Positions 37,620 through 51,185 of a DNA stretch of 64,000 nucleotides are shown here, piece by piece. Origin of the DNA: Raillietiella orientalis (lineage: Eukaryota); contig JAYWIR010000021.1 of NCBI GenBank assembly GCA_036172245.1, forward strand, positions 2,170,001 through 2,234,000, read 5' to 3'. The notes under the pieces were generated by a model. That model ran no database searches. It was given only the letters and a program-made list of their open reading frames with translations, and had not been told where the DNA came from. Both the position numbers and the translations under genes were made by a program. Each line of letters opens with the position of its first letter. Position 1 is the stretch's first letter.

Positions 37620-39485
37620 ATTTACTATTATTGATGTTTTGATTCATTTAATGAATTCAGTTTTCAGGCTTCCGCTTACAGTTGTGGCCTTAAGGAAACA
37701 CATTATGAAGACTTCGGTGTTTTCTGATCCTGCAAAGAGTTCTTTCTCATCCCCAAAGCACGGAAATCGCACGCAGAAGAAGCATAAGGAAGGAAGGAAG
37801 TCGCTGTATCGCGAAAGTCGATGACGAGTTTTCTGCGTGGGTCGCGTAAATGTCAGCTTGACCGGACGTTTTGTTAAGCCCCGGGCGGTTCCGAAACTTT
37901 TCCTCAAAAGGGCTGAACCTTCGCTGGGGCATGTGATTGGCCGGCGGGATTGCACGGACGGTCACAAAAGGACACGGCCCGCACAAATAAAGTTCCATCC
38001 ATCCGGACAGGTCCGTGGTTTTTGCGTTCAGGGGAAATTTGCATAGGCGAGCTCTCTGTCATGGCCGAGTGCTGATAAGGCGATACATAAAACGAAAACT
38101 CTCAAACTAAGCACCGAATTGATACCGCGCCGTGAGTCCATTAGACGCGTCGAGCATCGCAGACAAAGGTTTTTTTTTTTTGTTTCCCAGAATGTCAAAG
38201 TTGAGTGTTGGCGCCAAAGTCTGTTTTTTCAAACTGCAAGCGGTCGGGGGGTCTTTTATGCAAACTTCAGGTAGAGCGTCCGAAACTTTCAAGGCCATAC
38301 TTTTACAAGCCTCGATCGAACCCCATAAAAATGGGTTAACGGGACCACGCAGCTACACACACATTCCATTTGCACCGTAATTCATCGTGTGGTACGATAC
38401 CATTTAGGTGTGCTCTACTCTGGTTTCGAGAAAGGGCGGACAACTCGGGATTTTCCGTGTATGCCCACAAAAATTTCTCGAGAGTTCGGTCGGCGGACCC
38501 ATGCTGCCGGGATCGAGGATTCGTAATGCCAAGGCGTGCACTGGGACACCTAGATGTGGCAACACAACAGTTGACAGTACGTCTAGACTCTGCTTTTTCA
38601 TTTCGACCTTGGGAAAGGCAAACACAAATCTAAAAGTGCAAGAACAAATAAGTAAAGTGCGGTGGAGTTTTTCTTTCGAAGATGCCTTTGATTTCAGCTG
38701 GTTAGTGGGCCGAGGAATATCAGTTTATAAGTTTTTCGTCACCATCGAAGAATCCAGGCGAAAATGGATTCCAAGCTGCATGGCCGGCATTGTTTTTGTT
38801 TCCCGAATGCCCAAATCGTTTCCCGGGTTGGTCGAACGCTTATGAGCGAGGCAAAACCGAAATAAAAAATGCCGCGCAACCAATTTTCCATTTTACGTGG
38901 GTTCCGCTGAACGCGACCGTGTAGACTTGGCAAGCCTTGCTGGAAGGACAGACTGGCAGCATCCTAGGGAGAAAAAAAAGGGGGGGGGGGGGGGGGGGGA
39001 TGAAACGGCCGGAATGAAACTTCACGGCAACCCCGAGTGAAACACAAAAGCGAGTGCACTTTCAGTTACGTTTATCTCTTGAAAAAGCGTGCAAATGAAG
39101 AGGCATCGGACGAGTCCTCGATACTTTTCAGTGCTCTGAATTCCTCAAAGCTTTTTCGGTCTCCAAATGTCTTCCACGAGGGAAATTGAACTTCGTTACA
39201 ATGGCAGAAACGCTTCGAGATCAAAAGTGACGAGAGTTGCAGCGGATTGGGGTGTTTTCCGAAGAAGGTGTGCAAACAACACCGAACTATTCACAGACCC
39301 TTAAAATGCCAGATCGCCATGAACTACCTGCTGTAAACGTAAGGATTCATCTCTTGACCAATTTCTTATCATAAGTACCACTAATCAAAAGTAAACATTG
39401 ATCTTCCTGTCGAGCTTGGAAAGAGGAACGAAACACGATGATGAATACGTTGAAGACAAAGCAAAAGTTCTTTGTGTGTTCTTTC

Positions 39486-39521
<36 letters not shown>

Positions 39522-40202
39522 TGAATATCCATGTTTTTGGGAAATTGGAAAGGTTTTGGGAACTCTGCAGATCGGAGAGAATGGGCAACGCGCGGCAAAG
39601 GCCATCAGAGCGAGCTGACCACACAAGATACAAAAATTGTAGTAAGGACATTGCAGATTTATTTGCCTAAGAGTCTCCAGTGGCTGCTTCGTGTTCCACT
39701 GGGTTGCGCGTTTCCACAGCAAACATGGCGCATAGAACTTTTTTGCAGTCGAAGGGCCCGGAGACCGCTGCTGCTGAAAGTCTTGTGCGCGCTGCTCTCA
39801 TCCCGAAGATCGTTCCCACGTCAGTTGCATCCGTGAGAAATCAGGAAACCTCCACGGGCACACACTGACTCGAGTTTTCGGGGAACCTTCGGAAGGGAAA
39901 GGAACGTCCCAACGTGGAACTGTTTCACGCCCGTCGCGCGACGCCTCCGTTCGGGTGCTGCTCCAAGGCTGGTCAGGATTTATCCAGGGGGACGGATGCT
40001 TCCCTCGGAGTCATCCGGAAGATCCAGGCTCCGACCACCTCGAAGGCGGCGTCCTCCGCGGAGGAAAGGGGACGGGCATACCGGGGAGGCGCCTTCCCCA
40101 TGACGCGCAGTCCCGGGAAGAAATCAAGAAGGCCTGGCCCCTCCTCCCCGAGGGCGCCCCGGCAGAGCGCGCGCGAGCAGTCCTCGGGGGGCGGCAGAGG
40201 GC

Positions 40203-40239
<37 letters not shown>

Positions 40240-42577
40240 AAGCAGGTGGAGGAGGGAGCACCTCTGTCGCTGGACCCCGTGGGGTCCCCGCCCACCTCCC
40301 GTCGGCCACCATCCACCCACTGCAGCCAGGTCGTCCGCGCAGACTGCTCCTCACCCCCCCAGGAACACGCTTGCGAAGGGGACGAGTGCGCTGGTAGGGG
40401 AGGATGCGATGGTCTGGACACGGGAGCTATGGAACCTGCGCCAGGTGGCACTCTCTGAAGAGACGGAGGAAAGTGCGCGTGCGAAGGGGGCAGAGGGGAG
40501 GAGGAAGACGGTGCCTGCCTGCCTCTCCCCTCCCCCCTTCCCTTTTTTTTTTTTTCCCTAGGCGGAAGCACGGCTGCGTCCCGGAGCGCGTTTGCCTTCC
40601 AATCCCCAGCACGGAACCGCCGTTCGACCTCTTGGGAGCGGCGGTGGCGTAGGGATGGAGGAGGGGGTGAGGGTGCACGGTGCGCGCCGCAGAAGCGGGT
40701 GCCCCTCCTGACGGAGTTCAAGGGGCGCTTGGAATGGCTGCTGCTGCAAGTGCGCCACAGACAAGATGGGGAGACGAGAGGGTTAGGTCTCCTGTCCCTC
40801 CTTTTCGCTCCATCTCTTCCAGGAAGGAACTTCCTCAGCGGCACTGGGAGGCAACAGTTGCGTAGCGCAGCAGCAGCAGCAGCAGCAGAGGCGAGAGCTT
40901 CCCTCGTAGTGCGGGCCGCAGGCAGCGCAGCGCCAAGGGGGGGAGGCTGCCACAGCAACTGCCAAGGAGGCGGTGCTCCCTCCCTTCGCCGCAATCCCCG
41001 TAATCACGGAAGGCAGCGACGGCAGGGGGGTGACGGGACGTAAAGGCGCCGCCGCTCCCCTTCGATCTCGCGGTCGGGGAGGCGCAGGCACCGGGAGCGG
41101 TGGGGTGCTGCCAGTTCTCCGACGAGGGAGGAGGCGGCGGGCCCAAACCTCCACCCTGCCCCTTCTTGGCGCATCCGGCCACGGGCGCAAGGGAAAAGAC
41201 TCTGCGATAGGTCCGAGGAGAGGAGACGACCGGCTTGCTGGGGGACGCTGCCACTCCGCCTCCTTACCGTTCGGTTTGCGGCGACGGCGCCGCTGCCAGG
41301 CAACGGGATCCGGACTGCTCCCAGGTCACCCGTCGTCGATGGAGGCGGGGACGAAGACGGAAAACCACACCTGTGCCTCCGGGACTCCGCCTCAACCCCC
41401 ACCCTTGACTCCTTCACGGGACTGCTGCCGCCATCTAAGGGGATTATCTCCGTGCTTCTTCTCCAGGGATTTCTGCGCTCCCCCCCCCCCCCCCTAGCCC
41501 TGCGTTCCCTCTGCTTTCAGCCCATCATCCTTGCCTGTTGCAGGCCAGCCGGGAGTGCCCCAGTGGGGAGTGGGGAGCGGAGAAAGCAAGGGAGGAGCTC
41601 CTTTTCACACACACCCGAGGCGAATGCTCCTGGACAAAAGTGGCCACGTGGCTTTGGGACGCGGGTGGGTGGTGAGTCGCATCGGCGTTGGGTGAGCTGA
41701 CGCCCACGCGGGTTTTTCCTCCTTCCTTCCTCGCGCTCGCCTTGTAAAATCGCGAAGCACCGCATTGCTTCCCGCACCCCTTCCCCACCCCCCTTCTGCA
41801 CGCTTCCCTTGACAACCGAACGAACTCGATACATTGTTGGCCCCGGGACCATGGACACCCAACTGGGCTCGAAGGAAGGAAGGGAGGGGCAGAGTGTGGG
41901 CGTGAAAATGGGAGGAATGTTCCACAGGTGTCTTCTTTCTTTCCACGCCGACGGTCCACGGGAGGGAGCCGAAGACCTTCTTCGCGCGTGCGCAGGCGGC
42001 GCGCGTTTCAGCTGGACGGAAACGAAACGCTTTCTGGTGGCACACGGCGGCGGCGCCGTCGGCACGAGTGGTCGCTCCGCCGTGCGCGACGGGGCTTGCG
42101 GTTCCGTGCGGCACCAGAGATGATGACGACGACGACGACACGCCCGGTGACCGCAAATCGTGACGTTTAGCGCTCGCCGGGAGCGGGGGCGTCCTGGCAG
42201 GCGTGCCCACCATCCCCTGACAGCAGCAGGAAGGGCCGGGATCTGAAACGAGCGAGCGGGGGGCCGCATTCGAACTTTCGCCCCACGAAGACGCGATTCC
42301 CACTCCCTTCGGCACGTCGCGGCCTGAATGAAAACGTGCCAAAAAAAAAAAAAAAAAGAAAGAACAAGAAGAGGAAGAAAAAAGCACCCGCAGCATGAAT
42401 TGGACATCCGATGAGTCATCTCCCTCCCTCCTCTTTCGGAGCACTCCTTTCTTGCCTGCTTTCGTCTCGCTGGCGGGGGTGGGTCCGGCCCCGTGGGTTT
42501 CGCTGCGCACGCGCACGCCCTCTCTCCCTGGGCTGCAACACAACACCGCCGCGCGTTCGGCTGCACTGAACCTTTCT

Positions 42578-42583
42578 TTTATT
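42578..42583 (-). terminator. Candidate polyadenylation signal (AATAAA) of Ets98B
   Basis: TTTATT on the plus strand ~390 nt downstream of the stop, within an AT-rich 3' UTR-like stretch. Confidence 0.5.
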
Positions 42584-42969
42584 TTGCGACTATGTACAAA
42601 ACGAGCACTTGGTTGATCCACACGGAGAAAAGAAAAAAAAAAAAAAACACATTTCCATAAGGTTAAATGCGTGAAAAACATGTTCACAGAACATACGGCG
42701 GATATATATCATAGATATATAGGACAAAATTTGCCGAGCGTTTCCTCAGGGTTGCCAAACCGAGAGCGCGCGTGGAGACTGCGCGGGCCCTTTTCGGCGA
42801 CGCTTCCCCTGGGCAACGCCGCGGCAACTACGACAAACACACGGGCGCCCGAGCGCCGTGCGGGACTCCTCCCCGAAGTGAACCTGTCGGCGGCGGCGGG
42901 ATAATACCTCTCTCGTCGGCCGGGCAGGTTCTCTTCGGGGGGAAAGGAGCGGAGGGGAGGCAGTGCTCC

Positions 42970-44828
42970 TCACAGGCAATACGGGTGGCAGAACTGATAA
43001 ACGAGTCTTTGGGAACGCTCCGTCTTCTTCATGATGCCTTTCTTATAATACTGACGTATCGATCTGGACAATTTGTCGTAATTCATGGCGGGACGGTTCT
43101 TTCTTTTACCCCACAGCTTCGCGACCTGGACCGAGTCTTCGATCTTGAAGACGCCGCTTTGCCTGTCCACCCACTTTATGCAGGGGCTCTGCTGCTGCGG
43201 CTGCTGGGACAGGAGTTCCTTCAGGAACTGCCACAGGTGGATGTGGGAGCCGGACTTGTTCTTGTACTCGTCCTCTTCGTCTGCGGGAGGAAAACGACAA
43301 CAACGAGAGAGTCAGCGACCGCCGGCAGGAGGCGCACGCGAAAGTCACCTTCGCTCTCCACGGCGGAATCGCTGCTGCCCCGGTCGGACGCCTTGAGACC
43401 GCCGGCGCCGCCCAGGCAGGGCGGGGTCCCCTGCGCGTGCTGCTGCTGGTCCTTGTTCGGCGGCGAGGCCGGGAGGCAGACCTGCGTGAGGAACTTCTGC
43501 TGGCACTGGCTGTTGATCCAGACGTCCAGGTAGGCGTAGAGGTACTCCCCTCCCTGCGGAGACAGGCGAGTTGGCGCCGCGCGTGCCCGAGGCGGAGGCG
43601 CCGCCGCACCTGCAGCGCCCTCTGCCTGAAGTCCTCCTCGCTGAGAGCGGCCAGCCCGACGCCGTCGACGCGGAAGTTGTCCAGGTTGAGCTCGGGTAGA
43701 CCGCACTGCTGCGTGGCCCACATCAGCCACATGGTGACGTTCTCCTCCGACCACTTCAGGGGCTCTAAAGCGTGGGAGAACGAGCGCCGTCAGCCAAGGA
43801 GGAAGAGGAGATCTTCCCACACCCCCCTCCCGCCCCCGGAGAGTAAGCGAGGATTCACCTGGAGGGATGTCCAGGATCAGGCAGGCCGCCTGCATCTCCC
43901 TGGCAACCTGCTCCAGGGCGATCTTCAGGACGGGGTAGAACTCGTGGGCGGGGATCTCTCCGAAGGGCACCGCCGCCCCGCCCCTGTCCAGCTCGACCGT
44001 TTCCTGCCTGACGGCGATGTCCGCGATCTTCTCCAGCCTCCGAGGATCGTGGTTGTACCGGGAGATGTAGCTCTGGTCGCCCAGGCAACGCTTGAGGGCG
44101 GAGTAGCCCCTCTTCGCCTCCGCAGGGTGCAGGTGCGCCGGGAAGCGCAAGCCCTCGCCCCCGTTTCCCTCGGAGACAGCCGCCGGCGCTTCATCCTCCT
44201 TCCCCGCGCCCTGCCTGCCGCCCATGGGGGCGACGGGGCGCAGCTCAAATCCGCCTGCGCCCAGAAGACCTTCCGGGAGGCCATCTCCTCGCAGGGTCGG
44301 CGGCTCGCAGCAGCCCTCAGCCTCCGCGAGCGGGGCCTGCTCCCGGCGCTCCAGGGATCCGCCGAATTCGCCCGCTCCCTGGACCAGCAGCCGCAGTCTG
44401 CGGTTTTCTTCCAGAATCTCCTCCAGGTCGAAGAATCCCGCCGCGGCATGGGCGTCGCCGGGAGGGCAGCACGACAGCAAGTCGAAGGGCAACTTGGCGT
44501 CGGGAGGGTCCAGGACGGCGCCGCACCCCAGCGCGGCGGCAGGGGCGCACGGGCGGCCGCGCAGGGAGCAGGGCGGCACGAAGCGACCGCAGCAGCCGCC
44601 GCCACCGCCGCCGTCGTCTTCCTCCAGCCGCGGCTTCTTGGGCTCTCCGGAGGCGTCTCCTCCGTGACCAGGAGAAGGGAACATCGTAGGAGAGGTCGTG
44701 TTGTAGTAGAGGACCTCGAAGTCCCCGGAGGTGGGCACCTCGCAGTCCTCCAGGATGCTGAGGTCGAAGTTCGGGAAGGCGTACCTGCCGTCAGCTCCGA
44801 AATCCACGTTGGGCACCGTCTGCGCCAT
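42970..44828 (-). CDS. Ets98B: ETS transcription factor of the Ets98B/SPDEF (PDEF) class with a PNT/SAM domain; 4 coding exons: 44828-43859, 43764-43610, 43553-43349, 43280-42970; 546 aa
   Basis: The spliced product has a PNT domain (ACLILDIPPEPLKWSEENVTMWLMW...FRVDGVGLAALSEEDFRQRALQGGEYLYAYLDVW) and an ETS domain (HIHLWQFLKELL...IKWVDRQSGVFKIEDSVQVAKLWGKRKNRPAMNYDKLSRSIRQYYKKGIMKKTERSQRLVYQFCHPY), very close to Drosophila Ets98B as remembered. Introns are 94, 56 and 68 nt, all GT-AG. Total 1641 nt. The ATG at 44828 directly follows a strong acceptor (ttgtcttcccgcag), so the true 5' end may lie upstream. Confidence 0.92.
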
Positions 44829-47800
44829 CTGCGGGAAGACAACAAGAGGAGAGACGGTCGGGAGCATCTTATCCCCTTTCCCTCCTTCCGCGGGAACGGC
44901 AAGGGAAACAGAACGAAGGGAGAGCCGCCGCCGCAGGACAGCCCCCTCCCGGTGAGCGCGACCCGAAGCCAGCTCTGCTGCCGCAGAAAGAGGAAGAAGG
45001 GAGGAGGAAGAGGAGAAGGGGAGGAAGAAGAGGGGAGAAATTCCGCTCCAGCTGGTGGTCGGACAAGCGAGCGTTCATAGAAGGATCTCGCCGTGGAGAG
45101 GAGAGAGGAAAAGAGGAAGACAAGGGCCGCTCGATCCGGTAACCGGGGAAACCGGGCCCGGACCCCTTTCCCTCTCTCCTCCCCGTGGCACCACTGCCGT
45201 CCGTTCGCTCCACTCCGGGTCCCCAGAGCGGCTGGAAGCCGGGCCGCTCCTCGCACGCGCCCGACTTTCGCTTTCCGGCTCGCGGGACCAAAAACCAAAA
45301 CAAAAAAAAAAAAAAAAGGGAGGGGGGGGGGAAGAAACAGAAAATACCAAGAAGGAGGCGGGGGAAGGAGGGGGAGAGAGCGAGCCGCTGCAAAGTGGGC
45401 CGCCCCCTCTCTCGAGCCTCCGCTGGCTCCGACGGCACACTTCCCTGCCTCCTTCCTCCTCTTGCGCTTTCGGTTGCCTGCAGCGGCAGCGACGGCTGAC
45501 CCGTCAGAAAGAGCGGCGACAGGCGGGAAGGAATGTCGGCCGCCTCCTCGGTCGGCCGGATCGCCCCAGGCGACGAACACCTCAAGGGACGGCAGCAGCT
45601 GCAGTGACGCACGGGAATCTCGGCACCTTGAAGGGGGGGGGGGGGAAGAAGAGGGGCGGCGGCTCGGCTGGAAGGGCAACTCCTCCGAAGCGCGGCTGCC
45701 CCCGGCAAAGTGCCCTTTCATCCGCTCTCCGGCCCATTTCCCTCCTTCCTTACTTCGCGGATGGGCGCGCCAGAAGGCGGGATCGACCCGGCGGCCGCAG
45801 GGCGGAGAACGCGATTGTGTCCCCCTCCCCAACTGACACACTTCCGTTGGTAGGGGCGGTTCGCCGCCTGCTGGAGAACGTGCCTCAGCCGCGGGAGGAC
45901 GCGGTGAGGCCCGGAGGCCCTCCCTCCCCCGGGCAACGGGTTTCGTGCAGTGGAACCGCAGCGCCGGGGCGGCTACGCCACGGGGGCGCGCGTGCCCAGT
46001 CGGTTCCGAGAGGGAAGGCGGCGGCGACGCCCGTGGGCGCAGAAGGGTCGGGGAGCGGGTGGAGAGGAGACTTACGGTTGCGGGCGCTTCGTCTCCTCTG
46101 GCAACGGGGCTGTCCACGGCGTGCTCTCTGGGTCTCGACTGACGCACCGTGGCGTGCGCACCTCCGCAGCACATGCGACCGACACCGCTCACGCGACGAC
46201 ACTGGCGGGGACCGCCGCTGGGAGGCCCTGGCCGGCGGCAACAGCTGTTCGCAGCGCCGCCCGGCGTCCGTCCGGCGAAACGCGCGCACCGGCGTGGCAG
46301 GAGCGAGCGGCTTGCCCGCGGGCGCGCGTGACACCGCCCCCCCCCTCCCCTCCCCTCTCTCGCTCGCTCGCTTCTAGGCTGGAGACGGCGGCGCCGGAGC
46401 AGGAAGGAAATCCTCCGCGGTCCTCCCGCGGCGGCCTGGACCGCGGATCGACAGGAGGGCACGCGCTTCCCGGGGCCTAGGGAGCCTCCGCGGATGCCGC
46501 GCAGGGCCCTCGGGACGGTCCCGTAGCTCCTGGCGGGGGCAGCCGAGGCGGCGGAGGTTCGGGGTCCCCTCCCTCCCTGCGGGACGCCCCAGGAACGCCC
46601 GGTCTCCCGTCCCGCTTCCGACTTTCCTTGACCCTGCGGGGGCCCGTCGAACCAGAAGTCTCTCCTCTCTTTCCGGGATCGGCGTTTCCTTTGGCAACCT
46701 CCCTCCCTCCTCCGCGCGGCACGGTCGGTGGCGTCTCCGCCACGCATCGCGCGGAGGCGCCGCCACTCTCTTCCGGTCCGCGAGAAGAGTCGCCGCCGCC
46801 GCCGCCACCACCAAGGCACCTCCCTGCGGGGGTCCCCGGCCCGCTGCCCGGCACGGGGATGGACCGTTCGTATTCGAGGAGGTTCGGCTTGGAGAGATGG
46901 CGCCCCTCACCCCCCAACGCCGGGGCGGGAGGAGGAGTTCTTCCTGGTGCCGGGACGCGAGCGTTGCGGCACGGGAAGGGTCCTGGAGCCCTCCAGGAAG
47001 GCTGTCTTGCGAGGTGCTTCCGGTTTCCCCCCGGCTCGGACGCTTCCCGTCGGGGCTGTGGGGGAGCTTTCGCTCCCCCCCTTCCTCGGGGAGCTCCCCC
47101 CCCGCCTCCGCCGAGCCCTCCACCCGGGGGTCCCTCCCTCCGCGAAAGCCGAAGAGAAAGCTCTGAGAAAGGCAGCGGCGGTCTTTGCGGACCTCCGCAA
47201 TCGCCGTACCTGCGGAAGGAGCGGCGCCGCGGGTGAAAGCCTCGCTGACGTCACGAGGCGGCGGCGGAGCCCGAGAAAGGAGGCGCGAGGCTGGTGCGAC
47301 CGCTTCCCTTCTTCCTCTTCTTTCTCCTTTTTCCTCCCCCTTACCCTCTGTCCCTCCCTTTCCCTTCCACCCGAGGAGCATACCAGCGGGAGGAGGGACT
47401 CCTCGGGTTGCATCCTGCAGGAGAGAAACTCTGGAGGATGCAGGAGAGGGAAGGGGGGGGGAAAAGAGGAGGAGAGGAAGGTGCAGTAGGGAAGGGGACG
47501 GGCTGGGGGTGGGCGCGTCGCCAAGAGAGGTGGCCAACCCCGTCCTCTCGCCAGGTAGCCTTCGGAGAGCCGCCGTTTCTTTTTCTGCCGAGGAAGGAAG
47601 GGGGTGCGGGTGGCATTTCCTGGGTGGACACCCGGGAGCGTTTTTTTCCCACGCCCGGCCAGACGGGGCAAGTCCGCGCGCGCCGCGCGGGCGCCTCCGT
47701 CGGGCGCCTCCGCGGGCCTCCTCTATCGCACGCGCGCGCGCGCGCAGCAGCAGCTTGCAGCCGACGTGCCTCGTCGCTGTCCCCCCCCCCCCCCCCCCCA

Positions 47801-50259
47801 CGGCTCCACCAGCGGAGCTCGTTTGACAGCGTGCCGGCAGGAATTCCCAAGAATCCTTTTTTTGTTCTTTTCCCTAGCAGCTAGCCTCCTCGGTTCCGAA
47901 ACGCCCGTCCCAGAGAGATTCCTGCAGCGTTTTTTGCACCTCCGAAGTGGAGGGGGGGCGGGGGGGAGACGGAGGGGGGCTTATCGACAGGGACGTCACG
48001 TTATCGTCGAACTCCAATTCCGTACTTTCTCGATAACTTCGGCGATCTCCCGCTTGGGCAATTATCTGATCGATTGTTGTCTGCTTCCATGGACACGGGG
48101 CCCAAAATAGCAACACTTTCACAATGGGCGCGAAAAGCACGGCAACAAAAAAAAAAAAAAAAAAGGAAAAGCGCAAAAAAAAAAAAAAAAAAGAGGAAAA
48201 GAACGAAATGCGAAAGGAATCGCATGCCGCGAAGAGCAGGTGCGAAACCGGTTTTCCCGGGGGAGGCGCGCGCCTTTTCGGAATGCGATCCGAGGCGGGC
48301 GTCCTGGGCGCAGACGTTGGGCAGCAGCGGGATTTTCGGGAGTCCTGTTATCTCCCGTGGAGGTGAAGTGCCAGGATAGGCCGAAAATCGCGACCGTGCG
48401 CCCTGCGCCAAGAGCTGCTGCCGCGGCGGGGTGGGGTGGGGAACGCCTCGCTTCTTTCGCCTTTGCCCGTTTGTGCCCTTCCTGAACACACGGTCAGTAG
48501 TAAGGGCAATAGCAATACGGTGATAGTAAAAAAAAAAAAGGAAAGAAAGAAAATGAATCCGCGTGTGCAGACACCGGAAAACACTCAGTGATTCGAGATG
48601 ATGGCTGGGTGGTGTAGCCTCTCCGTGGCGCACGCATTCCTCAGGATTCCTCCGGACGTGCGTGCCCATACTCGCACGCGCAGCGTCGGAAAAGTGACTC
48701 TCGCGCCAGCAGCAATCGAAAGTTGCTCCTCCCGAAGGAAACACGTTGTTCCCCCCCCCCCCCCCGCACCGTCGCTCGAGCGCGCGCGCGCGCGTGCGAG
48801 CTGACGCCCGCCCGCACGCACCACACGTTTCTTTCTCTTCGGAGGAACGCTCGGACCCCTCGAGCAGGCACGTCCGCGATGGGCTGCTGCCTACCCTGCC
48901 CCACCGCATGCGTCACAGCCAAACAATTTAGGTCAATGTCTGTTTGCGCCGCAACCCGATTCGGGCCGACCGAATTCGATTTCTTGAGCAACCGCTTGCG
49001 TGCAATCGAGTCCGACCGGACCGAGCCCTCGTGGGTGCTGCCGCTGGCCCGTAAGGAGGCGGGGGGGGGGGGACTTCGGATGGAAGAGAGGGCGGCGGCG
49101 GCGAGAAGGCTTCGACGACGGTCTCCCGCAAAAATGGGGGCACACTTTGAAGATGCCGTTGCCTGCAGGTGCGGACGCTGGCGCGCGCGTTCGAATGGTT
49201 CTTGGAAAAACGAAAGTTTCCGGCAGGGAGGAAAGAAAAAAAAAAAAGGAAAAAGAAAACGGAGGGAGGCGGGGGGGGGGAGACGAAAGAGGTCGCCTCC
49301 TCCCCCCCCCCCTGCGGATTCCAAGCACTGACGCCGCCAGAATCCCCGAGCGTCCGAGAACGCTTCCCGAAGCGGGCGGGACCTTTGGCCTCAGCTTCCT
49401 CCGGCGGACCTGCTGCCTCGCCCGCCTGCTCCTGGTTCCGCGTCTCTGATTCCTCCCGACGCGCATCGCAGCGGCCCATTGAGGACCCTCGTCTGCGTCG
49501 GCGCAGAGCGGTCGGTCACTCCGGAATTCCTGCCGCCGAAGACTGAAAGGAACGACTCGGGCCGTTGCGTCGCCGGCGAAAGTCTCTTCTTGGAGGGAGT
49601 GCCAAACGGTTCCTGCAGCAGGAGGAGAGCCCTGGGCATGGGGGGGGGGGGAGGGGAGACGCGTTTCGTGTCACACTTCCGCTCGACCGACCGAGGGGCA
49701 ATTCCGGAGGGGCAGTCCTCTCTACAGACGCTGGATGTCTCAGAGCGATTCTGCAAGAAGCGCAGAGCAGCTCGCGCTCCCAGCGCCTCTTCTTGGGGAT
49801 CTCCCTGTCGCGCGCGCGGCTTAGCCGCAGGGCGCCCTCCTCTGACTTCACGGGGGAGGGTCGGCGGACGGGAATTCGCCTCGACAGGAGCGACGCCGGG
49901 ACGAGGAATACGTGCCGGGATGGCAGCTGCGGGGTTCTTTTCTGCGATCCCGGAGCCAGGACCAAGGACTCGATCTTCGACCCCAAGTCAGCGCGTGGGC
50001 GCGTCCCCAGCGGATCCCCCTCGCCCTCTTCTTGCCCTTGAGGCAGAGTGAGGAAGGAGCCGACCCTCTCCTTCGTTGCTCCCCCCGCTGCTTGCTGGCG
50101 GCGCACAGCGCTGGGGGCCCCCTCCCCTGCCACGCCTCGCCCGGGTCGAGGGACGCGTTAGCTGCAGAGAGGCGACCTCCCAAGGCCTGCACGGGGCCTG
50201 CCTTTCTCCACATAAGGACTGCTCCTTGCAGTGAAAACCGTGCACGGCTGTCCGTTGCG

Positions 50260-51185
50260 TCCGTCGTCCAAAAGGAAGGCAAGGAGGAAGGAAGCTGCTG
50301 TTCTGGACCTCTGCACGTGGCACCCCTGCCTTCCCTTCTCTCTTGGAGAAAACTGCTGTTCTGGACTTTCTGCGCGTGCTAATCCATGCGCTGCTCCTCC
50401 GCCGAAAGGAGGACAAAGCTCACCAACGCTGCGACCCCGATTGCTCGACCCCATGGACTTCGGAGCTGGGGCATGCTACTGGGTATTCCGGACGAAGACC
50501 TGCAGTGGCCCCCGGTGCTCATAAACACCCGAGCCCTCCCCTTGAAGTGGCAGGAGTCGGCGTTGATGCTGGGGCCTCCCGTGCAACGCACGCCGGCATC
50601 ACTGGACAAGGGATGATGGGACCCGAACTGTGGCAGGTGCGGGGAGCGTGAATCCCTCCCGCACATGCTTGTGGGCTGTGTTGCCCTCTGGCCCCTTTGG
50701 AGACGCTTTGCCTCGACCCATGGAATCCCCGACGGCAACTCCAGAGACGTTCTGAAGCGCCTCTTCGTGCGTGACGCCCTCACCCCGGCAGACCGCATCC
50801 CTAGCAGACGGGACCGTGGCTGCATGGAGCAATGCCAGAGGCCAGGGCGGCAGGGAAGCCATCTAATCTGTTGCCCTCTTCAGAGGACAGCGTCAAGATG
50901 GTCCCATCCGGGAGTCTTGAAACAGGAACTTGCCGGCATCCTTACAAGGATGTAGAGGACACCTTCCAGCACACAGTAATCCCTTCCCGAATCTCCCCCT
51001 TTTCTTGACTATATGTCTTTTGTGTTGGTTTTTTCTTTTTGTTTGCCTCCCCTTCCCCTTGCTGCCGAGGCGAACTCCGCTGTCCTGCGCACCGGTTCTC
51101 GGCAGGTTCTTTCTGTACATTTTGTAACGTGGCAGGATCACGCATTTTGCCACTGACGTCCAAGTTTTATCTTTAATAAACAAAT
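50260..51185 (+). mobile_element. Decayed 3' end of a Tx1/L1-like LINE (copy A): ORF2 C-terminal zinc knuckle plus 3' UTR
   Basis: One frame 50386-50955, broken by a single TGA at 50614, reads ALPLKWQESALML...WDPNCGRCGERESLPHMLVGCVALWPLWRRF (C-x2-C-x3-E-S-x2-H-x4-C). A T-rich UTR and AATAAA at ~51175 follow. Confidence 0.72.

Noticed and set aside
38058..38082. tRNA-Ser/Leu-like 5' sequence (gtcatggccgagtgctgataaggcg)
   Set aside because: No downstream B-box or cloverleaf.
44829..44867. ORF-track start MLPTVSPLVVFPQ for Ets98B
   Set aside because: This stretch reads as a polypyrimidine tract plus CAG acceptor, so the ATG at 44828 is preferred. Not proven.
43925..46819. 964-aa minus-strand ORF, and the 547-aa plus-strand ORF 43437..45080
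   Set aside because: Low-complexity Arg/Pro/Gly/Ala translations running through homopolymers. They are alternative-frame or antisense shadows of GC-rich Ets98B and its upstream DNA, with no domain.
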